Source: an uncultured Pseudomonadales bacterium (GTDB taxonomy: Bacteria > Patescibacteriota > Microgenomatia > UBA1400 > MFAQ01). Taken from it: a DNA stretch of 64,000 nt. The stretch lies in the NCBI GenBank assembly GCA_964513845.1, contig CAZENT010000001.1, forward strand, positions 42,450 to 106,449, read 5' to 3'. The translations under genes and the position numbers were made by a program. The stretch's first letter is position 1. Each line of letters opens with the position of its first letter. Below are positions 8,094-17,112 of the stretch, piece after piece. Under the pieces are notes generated by a model. That model saw only the letters and a program-made list of their open reading frames with translations, was not told the origin of the DNA and made no database searches.

Positions 8094-9521
8094 TTAGGCG
8101 AACACAGATCTTAATCGTTTTAGAGATTCTTCTTTCCCTAAGATTACGATACAGTCGAAAAGTGGAGGGGTGACGGTGCGTCCGGAAATGGCAACGCGCA
8201 AAGACATAAAAGCTTCGCGAGGCATTAGACCAGAGTCTTTTTGAATGGCAGCAAATTCCTCATGAAGATTTTCAGAAGTAAAATTGTTGGTATTTTCCAG
8301 TAAAGAAATCGCTTTTTTGAACCACTCCTTGGTTTCTTCTTCGGAGTGGGCTGATTGATCTAGAACTAATTGTTTGTCGACTTCGGGGGTGGAGAAAAAA
8401 TATTCAGCACTAGGCGTAAAGTCTTTGAGAGTGAACATTCTCTCTTTGGCAATATCAATAATGGAGATAACTTTGGTTTTTTCCTTTTGCCAATCTTCCG
8501 GCATAAAAGACTTTAGTCTATTGAAGAGCTCCTCGGAATCAAGCTTTTTGATCCATTGGCTGTTGAGGTAATTTAATTTTTGAATATCAAAGATAGCATT
8601 TTGTCTTTGAATCTTTTTTTCATCAAAAACCTCAATCATCTGATCTAAAGTAAGAAGTTCGGAGTTGTCTTTGTAGGAAAAACCAAGGTAAAAGAGAAAG
8701 TTGTCGATCGCTTCAGGAAGATAGCCATCGGCAGCATATTCCAAGACTGATTTGGCACCATGACGTTTGGAAAGTTTGCTTTTGTCCGGTCCTAACAACA
8801 AGGGAACGTGGGCGAGTATGGGAGGTTCCCAACCAAAAGATTCATAAAGAAAAAGATGAACGGGGGTAGACATCATCCACTCGACGCCTCGAAGAACATG
8901 GCTAATTTTCATCAAATAATCGTCGACGAGGGCAGCTAAGTGATAGGTGGGGATACCATTGGTTTTCATCAAAACTTTGTCGTCGCACTCGGTGTTGGGT
9001 AAGCTAAGCTTTCCCTGAACAAGATCGTGCCAGGTGGTAAAGCCTGTTTCCGGAAGCTTGACCCGAATAATGTAAGGGGTACCGGAGTCGAGCTTGGCTT
9101 TGACTTCTTCGGCAGATAAATTGCGGCAGTGACGATCGTATTTGGCAAATTGATTTCCCTCATGAAGCTCTTTGAGCCTTTCTTCGGAGCAAAAGCAATA
9201 ATAGGCGGCGCCCATGTTTACGAGCTCGAGAGCGTATTTTTGGTATAGATCTAGACGCTCTGTTTGAACATATGGACCGTACGGACCCCCAACAACTGGA
9301 TCTTCGTCTCGTTTTAAACCCAAAAAATCGTGAATCTGGTAGATCTTTTCTACAGCTTCGGGAACCAGCCTGTCTTGATCGGTGTCTTCGATACGAAGAA
9401 TAAACTCGCCATTGTATTTTTTGGCAAGCAAATAATCAAAAAGAGCAGTTCTGGTATTGCCAATATGAGGAACCCCCGTAGGAGAGGGAGCAATTCTAGT
9501 TCTAACGTGCGTAGTTGGCAT
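8094..9521 (-). CDS. gltX: Glutamyl-tRNA synthetase
   Basis: Class I aaRS HIGH motif (PHIGN) and KMSKS motif (KLSKR). Length is typical for GluRS. Confidence 0.85.
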   Translation of the reverse strand: MPTTHVRTRIAPSPTGVPHIGNTRTALFDYLLAKKYNGEFILRIEDTDQDRLVPEAVEKIYQIHDFLGLKRDEDPVVGGPYGPYVQTERLDLYQKYALELVNMGAAYYCFCSEERLKELHEGNQFAKYDRHCRNLSAEEVKAKLDSGTPYIIRVKLPETGFTTWHDLVQGKLSLPNTECDDKVLMKTNGIPTYHLAALVDDYLMKISHVLRGVEWMMSTPVHLFLYESFGWEPPILAHVPLLLGPDKSKLSKRHGAKSVLEYAADGYLPEAIDNFLFYLGFSYKDNSELLTLDQMIEVFDEKKIQRQNAIFDIQKLNYLNSQWIKKLDSEELFNRLKSFMPEDWQKEKTKVISIIDIAKERMFTLKDFTPSAEYFFSTPEVDKQLVLDQSAHSEEETKEWFKKAISLLENTNNFTSENLHEEFAAIQKDSGLMPREAFMSLRVAISGRTVTPPLFDCIVILGKEESLKRLRSVFA

Positions 9522-9546
9522 AGTGATAGTATACTTTATTTAGTCT

Positions 9547-10629
9547 ATGGCGACACTAACACAAGCATCAGTCACAGCAAGAAATGTAATCAAATACGGA
9601 GCGATAGCTTTCGTGGGAATTACAATTCTGTGGTATTTGGGAGGAGCACTGATTAAGTACTATCAGGCACTTAATCCAGCACCCTTGCCGGATCCAACAG
9701 CTGATTTTGGGGAACTTCCCAAAATCGTTTTTCCCGAAAGTGTAAACAGGCCCAAACTGATACTTGAACTGCCAACCGGTAGTATCCCCACCTTTGTAGA
9801 CAGAATGAGAGTTTATTCTCAACCAATCAAGAGAAGTACTTTTACCGATTCCGAGAAAGCAATTGAAACTGCGGCCGCTTTGGGGTTTTTGTTTAAACCA
9901 GAGCAAAAATCGGAAGCCAACTACGTCTGGACGAATCAAGATCAACTGAACTCGAAACTAGATATGAATATCATCAACGGTCACTTTATCCTGACTAGAC
10001 AGTGGCAAAACAACCCAGCACTGGCTTCGCTTGCCAGTTTTAATTCAGACAAAACCGTAATTATGGACACGGAAAATTACTTAAGCAGAGTTGGACTGCT
10101 TAGCGCTGATGTTTTGGGTGTAGAAAAAGTGAGCTATCTAAAAGATGATGGCGGAAGACTGTCCACAGCCCTGTCTTTGTCTGATGCCGATTTTGTTCAG
10201 CTAGATTTGTTTAGAAAAAATATGGATGAGATTGATTCTGAAAGTAAAACCAAAGAAATAGTTGCCAGCTATCCTTTTTATCGCAGTAACCCGAATAGGG
10301 GTTTAATCCGGGTGATGGTGTCTGGCTCTAAAAACTTGAGTGATCGAGTGATTAACTTGGATTATGGATATAACAAAATCGATTACACCAAGAACGGAAC
10401 ATATCCAATTAAAACCGGTGATGAAGCTTGGGCAGAGCTGGAAAAAGGAGGTGGGTTTGTTTTTCGAGGTGAGTCTAATTTAGCCGAGGTCAAAATTAGA
10501 AGAGTGTTTTTGGGATATTACGATGCCGACATGAGTACGGGCTACGCAATGCCGATATACATTTTCTTAGGAGACCAGGGTTTTACGGCTTATGTTTCGG
10601 CAGTGAAGGATGAATGGATCAAGAAATAA
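9547..10629 (+). CDS. Hypothetical membrane-anchored protein (360 aa)
   Basis: ATG at 9547 with an N-terminal TM helix. No recognisable catalytic motif. Confidence 0.5.
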   Translation: MATLTQASVTARNVIKYGAIAFVGITILWYLGGALIKYYQALNPAPLPDPTADFGELPKIVFPESVNRPKLILELPTGSIPTFVDRMRVYSQPIKRSTFTDSEKAIETAAALGFLFKPEQKSEANYVWTNQDQLNSKLDMNIINGHFILTRQWQNNPALASLASFNSDKTVIMDTENYLSRVGLLSADVLGVEKVSYLKDDGGRLSTALSLSDADFVQLDLFRKNMDEIDSESKTKEIVASYPFYRSNPNRGLIRVMVSGSKNLSDRVINLDYGYNKIDYTKNGTYPIKTGDEAWAELEKGGGFVFRGESNLAEVKIRRVFLGYYDADMSTGYAMPIYIFLGDQGFTAYVSAVKDEWIKK

Positions 10630-11553
10630 TTACTCCCAAGAGTAGTTTTTAAAAACCCAGCTAAATAAAGATTGAGCTTCTCCAAAACGATCTTTACTGT
10701 TCAGAATGCTAATGATTATCCAGTGATCGTCCTTTTCTGCAAGAATAACTAAACATTCTCCAGCTTCTGGTGTCCAACCAGTTTTGACTCCAAATATGCC
10801 TGGCTTGCCCAGAAGAATATTGGTGGTTTCAAGCGGATAGATGTTTCCTTTTAGGCTTTCCAGAGTTATTTTTTGAGTGGACACTATCGATGAAAACTGT
10901 GGGCGAGCGAGGGCAATTTTGGCAAGCATGGCAATATCATAAGCACTGGTGTAGTGATTTTGACCCTCAACCCCGGAAACGTTTGAAAAATGTGTATTTT
11001 GAAGTCCATATTCCGTGACTTTTGAGTTCATTCTGGAAATAAAAGCCTGATATCCTCCTGGGTAGTTTTCGGCAAGAGTAATGGCGGCATCGTTTCCCGA
11101 AGGGACAAGGAGGGCGTACAGAAGGTCGCTTGCGATAAGCTTGTCACCCTTACGAAGTTTAACTTTATTGCCATTGGCGTTTTGACCGTTTTTGACTTGA
11201 AGAATGGAGTCTTCATTAAAATAATCCATGGACACTAGAGCGGTCATGATTTTGGTGAGAGAGGCTGGTTTTAAACGTGTGTTGGCGTTTTTTTCATAGA
11301 GAACAATCCCTGTATCGAGATCGGTGATAAAAATACTAGTGGCAGTCATTTCTGGCACTGCAATATTATGCGAAACTGGCGTCTTTGGCTCACTGACATA
11401 AGCAGCTTGAACAGCGGGTTTAGGAATTATTGACGGAGATTTAATTATCGGAAAGAAAACAAAAAACGAGCCAAGTAAAATCAAGGAAAGAAAATTAAGA
11501 ACTGATCTTAATCTATTTTTTTTTAGATGCTTAATTATTTTCATTGAGGGCAC
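10630..11553 (-). CDS. Serine-type D-Ala-D-Ala carboxypeptidase (peptidase S11, PBP5/6-like)
   Basis: SxxK (ASLTK), SxN (PSGND) and KTG (KTGWT) motifs are present, with an N-terminal signal/TM. Confidence 0.75.
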   Translation of the reverse strand: MPSMKIIKHLKKNRLRSVLNFLSLILLGSFFVFFPIIKSPSIIPKPAVQAAYVSEPKTPVSHNIAVPEMTATSIFITDLDTGIVLYEKNANTRLKPASLTKIMTALVSMDYFNEDSILQVKNGQNANGNKVKLRKGDKLIASDLLYALLVPSGNDAAITLAENYPGGYQAFISRMNSKVTEYGLQNTHFSNVSGVEGQNHYTSAYDIAMLAKIALARPQFSSIVSTQKITLESLKGNIYPLETTNILLGKPGIFGVKTGWTPEAGECLVILAEKDDHWIIISILNSKDRFGEAQSLFSWVFKNYSWE

Positions 11554-11567
11554 CAGTACATTTTATA

Positions 11568-13055
11568 CTAGGAAAGTTGATCTTGAATGACTTTCCTAAT
11601 CTCAATCTTGGCCTTGTGAGTTTTGACAAATCTCAACCAGTTTTTGTTTGGCTTTTTTATGTTTTTTGATTTTTGAACTTCGACAATATCACCACTCTTT
11701 AAAGGCTGATCTAGCGACGCAATGCGACCGTTTACTTTAACGGTTTGAATGTAATGACCTAGATCTGAGTGAACATTAAAAGCAAAGTCGACAGGGGTAG
11801 CGTTTTCTGGCAAGTCATAAACATCTCCGTTCGGAGAAAAAACATATATATGCTGAGACAGAGCGTCAAGTTTGTAATCTTCCAGGCTGTCACCTACCGA
11901 GCTTACCTGAGTTTGCCAACCGGCCAGCTGTTTGACCCAAGACATTTTGTCGGTTATTTTGAAAGCGGTACCTTCAGCCAGCTTTTCTTCAGAGGCACCG
12001 TGCATTTTGGCATCTGAGTACGCAAAATGTGCAGCGGCGCCGTACTCGGCAGTGAGATGCATATCATCTGAACGAATCTGAATTTCTACAATATTGCCCT
12101 TGTTATCAAAGATCTTGGTGTGAATAGATTGATAGCCGTTTGGTTTTGGCTGAGCAATAAAGTCGGAAATTCCTGCGTTGGGAACAGGTTTCCAGTATTG
12201 ATGGATTACACCGAGAGCAGAGTAACAGCTTGACGTGTCTTCGGTAATAACACGAACTGCCATGAGATCGTAAACTTTGGAAATATCACGACTGATCCCA
12301 GGACGAAGTAGTTTTTTGTATAAACTGTATTTTCTTTTGGGACGACCTTCGACCTTGGCGTTGACTCCGTGTTTGACTAACTGAAAACGAAGTTTGTTCA
12401 TGATTTCGGAAACGTTTTTTTCTGAGTGTTTGAAATGAGGCTTGGCAATTTCCTGAAGCCAGAGATATTCATCCGGGTAAATATAGGGGAAGGCTAGATC
12501 TTCCAGATCCCCCTTCAGTCGACCCATACCTAAGCGTTCTGCAAGAGGAGCGTAAACTTCCATAGTTTCGATGGCGATACGTTTTTGTTTGGATAAAGGA
12601 ACAGCGTCGAGAGTGGAAATGTTGTGAAATCTGTCGGCAAGACGAATAAGAACGACGCGAATATCTTGAGCCATGGCCACAAACATTTTTCGGAGATTTT
12701 CCAGAAACTCAACATTTTGGCTTCCTCTTAGTTTTACTTTGCCGACACGATTGACACCCTCAACAAGCTTCGCCACCTCCTCGCCAAACTGTTTCTGGAT
12801 TTCTTCAATGGGAATTTCGGACATTTCTGGAAGATCGTGAAGAAGAGCTGCTTCAAGACTGGGCTGATCAAGACCCCAGTCAGCGAGAATTGAGGATACC
12901 GAAATCGGATGAGTAATGTAATCCTCCCCTGTTTGACGAACTTGACCATCGTGTTTTTGGGCGGCAAAATCATAGACTTTTTGCAGTCTTTCTTCGTCGA
13001 TATCAGATCTTTTGGTTTTGGCTTGGATCAGTAGATCCTTGAAGCTTGTTGCCAT
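11568..13055 (-). CDS. rel: Short RelA/SpoT homolog (HD hydrolase + (p)ppGpp synthetase + TGS domain; no ACT)
   Basis: It has an HD motif (ALLHD), a synthetase region (RVKxxxSIxxK-like, YQSIHT) and a TGS-like C-terminus. Confidence 0.8.
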   Translation of the reverse strand: MATSFKDLLIQAKTKRSDIDEERLQKVYDFAAQKHDGQVRQTGEDYITHPISVSSILADWGLDQPSLEAALLHDLPEMSEIPIEEIQKQFGEEVAKLVEGVNRVGKVKLRGSQNVEFLENLRKMFVAMAQDIRVVLIRLADRFHNISTLDAVPLSKQKRIAIETMEVYAPLAERLGMGRLKGDLEDLAFPYIYPDEYLWLQEIAKPHFKHSEKNVSEIMNKLRFQLVKHGVNAKVEGRPKRKYSLYKKLLRPGISRDISKVYDLMAVRVITEDTSSCYSALGVIHQYWKPVPNAGISDFIAQPKPNGYQSIHTKIFDNKGNIVEIQIRSDDMHLTAEYGAAAHFAYSDAKMHGASEEKLAEGTAFKITDKMSWVKQLAGWQTQVSSVGDSLEDYKLDALSQHIYVFSPNGDVYDLPENATPVDFAFNVHSDLGHYIQTVKVNGRIASLDQPLKSGDIVEVQKSKNIKKPNKNWLRFVKTHKAKIEIRKVIQDQLS

Positions 13056-13094
13056 ATGGCTATTTTACCTTGTTTGCCATGATAAGATTGGTCG

Positions 13095-14558
13095 GTGTAT
13101 AGAAGGTTTTTATTACCAGACGAGGTTGCATTGCTCCCTAGTGAGCTGAAGCAAGTGATGAGCCTGTATATTGCTCGCGGTTTTGAGATCTATTTGGTGG
13201 GAGGAGGTGTACGAAATATCCTGATGGAGAAAGTCCCGGAGAACTGTGATTTAACGACAAATGCAACACCGGAAGAAAGTTTAGAAATTTTGAAAGAGCT
13301 TGATCCTTTTTATAACAATGATTTTGGAACTGTTTCTTATGAAATTGAAATAGATGGGAAGAAAGAACTATACGAAATCACAACCTATCGTTCGGAAAAA
13401 GAATACTCAGATTATCGCCGTCCCGACAATGTAAGCTGGGGAAAAACTTTGGAAGAAGATGTTACGCGTAGAGACTTCACCGTGGGCGCAATGGTAATCG
13501 GCCAAAAAGATGGAAAATATGAAATTATTGATCTGGTTGGCGGACTAGAAGACTTTGAAAAGGGTTTGATTAGAGCTGTCGGTAACCCCGAAAAACGTTT
13601 TGGAGAAGATGCTCTGAGAATGATGAGAGCCATAAGAATTGCAGCCAAACTTGGTTTTTCGATCGAAGAAGAAACTTTGAAAGCAATTTCAGTCAAGGCA
13701 CCATTGCTTGCCAATATCAGTAAAGAAAGAGTGCGCGATGAGCTAATGAAAATTATTGGGTCTGATTATCCAGCAGACGGAGTATCTCTATTGATATCGA
13801 CTGGTTTGATGGAACAAATAATTCCAGAAGTTTTGGAAGGCAGAGGTGTAATGCAGGGAGGACACCACACTCTGACTGTATTAGATCACATGTTGGAGTG
13901 TTTACGAAATAGTTCTTCACCCGATCCTGTTGTGCGTTTTGCCACTTTTATTCATGATGTGGGTAAACCAAGAAGTCAGAGATATAAGTGCCGAAAATGC
14001 GGAAAAATGTTCAGAGATCTGGCTGAAGAAATGACCACATGCGCCGATTGCGGATTTAATCAGCCGACCAGAGGAATGATTACTTTTTACGGACATGAAG
14101 TTATTGGAGCAAGACTAGCTAAAGAAATATGCGAAAGACTTCGGTTTACAAATAAACAGACTGAAAAAGTTGTGACCCTGGTGCGAATGCACATGTTTGC
14201 TTATCAGCCAGAAATGACAGATGCTGCTATTAGAAGAATCATAAGAAAAGTAGGCAAGGAAAATATCGCCGATATGGTTCTCTTGCGAATTGCCGATCGA
14301 AAAGGAAGCGGAAGTAACACGACAAGTTGGAGATTTATGGAGCTGCAAAAAAGAATTGGCGAACAATTGTTTGAACCAATGGAAATTAATGACATGGCAG
14401 TTGATGGACGAGATGTGATGGAGGTTTTAAATATTCAACCCGGACCTATCGTAGGAAAGGTTTTGAAAGAGTTGTTTGACGAAGTACTGGAGGATACGAG
14501 CAAAAATAACAAAGAATATCTACTTTCACGAATTAAAGAGGTTGAAAAATCCATATAG
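13095..14558 (+). CDS. cca: CCA-adding tRNA nucleotidyltransferase with HD domain and an inserted zinc ribbon
   Basis: GGGVRN...DCDLTTNATPEE is a polymerase-beta head motif. HDVGKP...FYGHE is the HD domain, interrupted by CRKCGKMFRDLAEEMTTCADCG. The true start may be an internal ATG near 13161. Confidence 0.8.
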   Translation: MYRRFLLPDEVALLPSELKQVMSLYIARGFEIYLVGGGVRNILMEKVPENCDLTTNATPEESLEILKELDPFYNNDFGTVSYEIEIDGKKELYEITTYRSEKEYSDYRRPDNVSWGKTLEEDVTRRDFTVGAMVIGQKDGKYEIIDLVGGLEDFEKGLIRAVGNPEKRFGEDALRMMRAIRIAAKLGFSIEEETLKAISVKAPLLANISKERVRDELMKIIGSDYPADGVSLLISTGLMEQIIPEVLEGRGVMQGGHHTLTVLDHMLECLRNSSSPDPVVRFATFIHDVGKPRSQRYKCRKCGKMFRDLAEEMTTCADCGFNQPTRGMITFYGHEVIGARLAKEICERLRFTNKQTEKVVTLVRMHMFAYQPEMTDAAIRRIIRKVGKENIADMVLLRIADRKGSGSNTTSWRFMELQKRIGEQLFEPMEINDMAVDGRDVMEVLNIQPGPIVGKVLKELFDEVLEDTSKNNKEYLLSRIKEVEKSI

Positions 14559-14583
14559 ATTCCGGGTCAGGCCCGGAATGACA
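14554..14583 (+). repeat. Short palindromic repeat element, family A, copy 1 (TATAGATTCCGGGTCAGGCCCGGAATGACA)
   Basis: The same ~30-bp hairpin element recurs at 22371, 22950, 49456 and 57045. Its TAG supplies the stop codon of cca. Confidence 0.8.
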
Positions 14584-14651
14584 AATGGGATAACAATTAC
14601 CTGCGAGGAGACTCCTTGCAGGGGGAATGCTTGGGATGGTTAAAGAATAGT

Positions 14652-15506
14652 TTATTTCTTGTTGAAAAGTTTTTCCCAGACGATGAGAAGAGGGGCAGCG
14701 GTGAAGGTACTGGAGTAAGTGCCGGTGACAGTACCAATGAGAAGAGCGAGAGAGAAGAACTTGGTCGTTTCTCCGCCAATGAGGAACAGAGCAATCAACA
14801 TAAAAATAATGGTGAGCGAGTTGTTGAGCGATCTGACCATGGTTTCGGTGACTGCTTGATTCACCGTACTTAAATAGGTAATCCCCTTGTTTTTGTGTGA
14901 GAGTTCTCGAATGCGATCATAAACAACAATGGTGTCGTGAACGGAAAAGGAAAGAATGGTGAGAACCGCGGTGACAATAAGAAGATCAATCTCGACACCG
15001 TAAAAGTGACCTAGAAGTGAAAAGCTTCCAAGAAGAATGATAGTGTCATGAAGCATGGCAATTACAGCACAAACACCATATTTGAGCTGTTTGAAAGCAA
15101 AGCTAATATAAAGAAGCAACATAATACTAGAGATAGAAAGAGCAAAAAGAGTTTTTTTGATGGTTTCTTTTCCTAGAGCAGCACCGATCGATTCGAAACT
15201 GGTTATTTTTATTTCCGGATTGTCTTTTTTAATCGTATCAATCGCCTTTTGAGCGGTTTCTTGCGAAATATTTTTGGTTTTTAGGATGACGGAATTTTTG
15301 GTGGAGTCCTCGAGAGATGGGGTAAAATCCTTGAAAGCCATCATGACTGTTTCGGCTGAAGCTGAGGCGTTGACGACAGTAAGGCGCGTGCCGCCAGTGA
15401 ATTCAATGGACGGCTTGAAACCGAATCGCACAAGAGAATAGATTCCAGGAACAATAATAAGAGCGGAAATTAAAAAGTAGATCCAAACATGTTTCATCCA
15501 GTTCAT
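14652..15506 (-). CDS. secF: Protein translocase subunit SecF
   Basis: Multi-TM protein with SecF-like sequence, immediately downstream of secD. Confidence 0.85.
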   Translation of the reverse strand: MNWMKHVWIYFLISALIIVPGIYSLVRFGFKPSIEFTGGTRLTVVNASASAETVMMAFKDFTPSLEDSTKNSVILKTKNISQETAQKAIDTIKKDNPEIKITSFESIGAALGKETIKKTLFALSISSIMLLLYISFAFKQLKYGVCAVIAMLHDTIILLGSFSLLGHFYGVEIDLLIVTAVLTILSFSVHDTIVVYDRIRELSHKNKGITYLSTVNQAVTETMVRSLNNSLTIIFMLIALFLIGGETTKFFSLALLIGTVTGTYSSTFTAAPLLIVWEKLFNKK

Positions 15507-15507
15507 A

Positions 15508-16899
15508 TTATTTCGTGTTTATTTTTTTGATAGATTGCCGCGTCGGAGTACCTCCTCGCAATGACGCGGACGCGAGTGTTTTGCCTTTGTAAAAAAGACG
15601 AAGAAGGTTTCGAGTGACAACTAACCCGGTAAATAAAGAGATTAAAATACCGAGAATTAGAGTTAAGGCAAAACCGCGAACTGCCCCTGAAGTGTTGAGA
15701 AAGTTCCAATCAAGGGGATTGAAAAGAATAAAACCAGTAATAATGGTGGCTGTGTTGGCGTCTTTGATACTGTCCCAGGCTCTGCCAAAAGCTAGTTCGA
15801 GAGCCACTCGCCAATCCCTGCCCGCCCTTATTTCTTCTTTGTAGCGCTCAAAAACTAAAATGTTGGAGTCAACCGCCATGCCAACAGAAAGTAGGAAACC
15901 GGCAATTCCTGGCAGACTGAGAACGACAGGAATTAGCTTGTAAAGAACTAGGGTAAATAATCCATAAAGAACTAAGCCAACAGAAGCGATTACCCCCATC
16001 CATCCGTAGTTACCAATCATGAAAAGAATAACCATGGAGAGCCCAATGGCACCGGCGGTAACGCTTTTTTGAATTGAGTCGGCGCCTAGTGTAGCTGGTA
16101 TATTTTTCTGACTTAAAACACTTACCGGAACGGGAAGCGCACCGGCGTTTAGCTGAACCGCAAGAGCTTTGGCTTCGTCTGTAGTGAAACTGCCCGTGAT
16201 TTGGGCATTTCCATCAAGAATTTCGACTTGAACTGTGGGCATAGTGACTGGATAGTTGTCCAACAAAATGGCGATGGGTTTGCCGATATTCTCTTTGGTG
16301 AGTTTGGCGAACTTGGTTTTTCCGGCATCTTTGAAAGAGATTGAAACTGCGGGCTGACGATCTTCGGTTTCAAAAGTAACCTGGGCTCTAGCTAGATCAG
16401 CACCGGTGAGATCTGTGGGAGAAAAACCCGACAAGGTGGCTGCGTCCGTGGCAGTTTTGCCTTCGGTGTAAATAGGAAGAGCGAACTCCATTTTGGCTGT
16501 TTGACCAATAAGGTCAAGTGCTTGCTGGGGATCGGTGACTCCAGGAAGTTCAAGAATCAAGCGATAGTCGTTGCCAGAGACTGCTGTTTTGATTCCTGAT
16601 TCTGACACACCAAACAGATCAATACGTCTGGAAATAACTGTTTTAACCGATTCTAAGGCTGTTGCACGGTCTTCGGCCTTGATCTCTTGCATGTCGGCAG
16701 TAAGGGTAACTTGAAGGCCGCCCTTGATGTCGAGACCTTGCTTGAGCTCTATTTCTTTTGAGAGATCGAGATTGCCAATCTTGAAATTGATTCTGGGAAC
16801 TTGAAAATTAAATATCTTTGTTGGGAGTACAAGATATAGCGACATCAGAGTGATAATCGCGATAAAAATAAAAACTTTCTGTGGTTTTTTGAGAGTCAT
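15508..16899 (-). CDS. secD: Protein translocase subunit SecD (C-terminus extended by an in-frame repeat element)
   Basis: SecD periplasmic domain and TM segments are present. The last ~20 codons (ASASLRGGTPTRQSIKKINTK) are encoded by family B element copy 1. Confidence 0.85.
   Translation of the reverse strand: MTLKKPQKVFIFIAIITLMSLYLVLPTKIFNFQVPRINFKIGNLDLSKEIELKQGLDIKGGLQVTLTADMQEIKAEDRATALESVKTVISRRIDLFGVSESGIKTAVSGNDYRLILELPGVTDPQQALDLIGQTAKMEFALPIYTEGKTATDAATLSGFSPTDLTGADLARAQVTFETEDRQPAVSISFKDAGKTKFAKLTKENIGKPIAILLDNYPVTMPTVQVEILDGNAQITGSFTTDEAKALAVQLNAGALPVPVSVLSQKNIPATLGADSIQKSVTAGAIGLSMVILFMIGNYGWMGVIASVGLVLYGLFTLVLYKLIPVVLSLPGIAGFLLSVGMAVDSNILVFERYKEEIRAGRDWRVALELAFGRAWDSIKDANTATIITGFILFNPLDWNFLNTSGAVRGFALTLILGILISLFTGLVVTRNLLRLFYKGKTLASASLRGGTPTRQSIKKINTK
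15529..15576 (+). repeat. Short palindromic repeat element, family B, copy 1 (GATAGATTGCCGCGTCGGAGTACCTCCTCGCAATGACGCGGACGCGAG)
   Basis: It shares its AGATTGCC...CCTCGCAATGAC core with copies at 30552 and 42026. Confidence 0.75.
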
Positions 16900-16908
16900 T
16901 CTTAAGAA

Positions 16909-17112
16909 TTATATATGTTTTTGTGATCTTCTTTGGGGAGAAAGCCCAAGACTGAGCTGATGGCTGTCAACGAAGCTCACAATTAGCGAGTTGTTGAGCT
17001 CTCTTTCAACATCAATTTGGTCGCCCGGCTTCAGAGATAAGTCTTTGACTAAATTTGATGGCAGGGTTATCCCAAGAGAGTTGCCAACTTTGAGAATTTT
17101 CTGAGTAGCCAT
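16909..17112 (-). CDS. AbrB/SpoVT/MazE-type swapped-hairpin DNA-binding protein
   Basis: KVGNSLGITLPSNLVKDLSLKPGDQIDV is a SpoVT-AbrB domain signature. Confidence 0.5.
   Translation of the reverse strand: MATQKILKVGNSLGITLPSNLVKDLSLKPGDQIDVERELNNSLIVSFVDSHQLSLGLSPQRRSQKHI

Noticed and set aside
14584-14640. Imperfect hairpin cctgcgagg-agact-ccttgcagg after family A copy 1
   Set aside because: It could be part of a convergent terminator for cca and secF, but the stem has a mismatch and no flanking T-tract, so it is not called.
15503-15709. 68-aa minus ORF overlapping the secD 3' end and secF 5' end
   Set aside because: It lies out of frame within secD and overlaps the family B repeat. It is treated as spurious.
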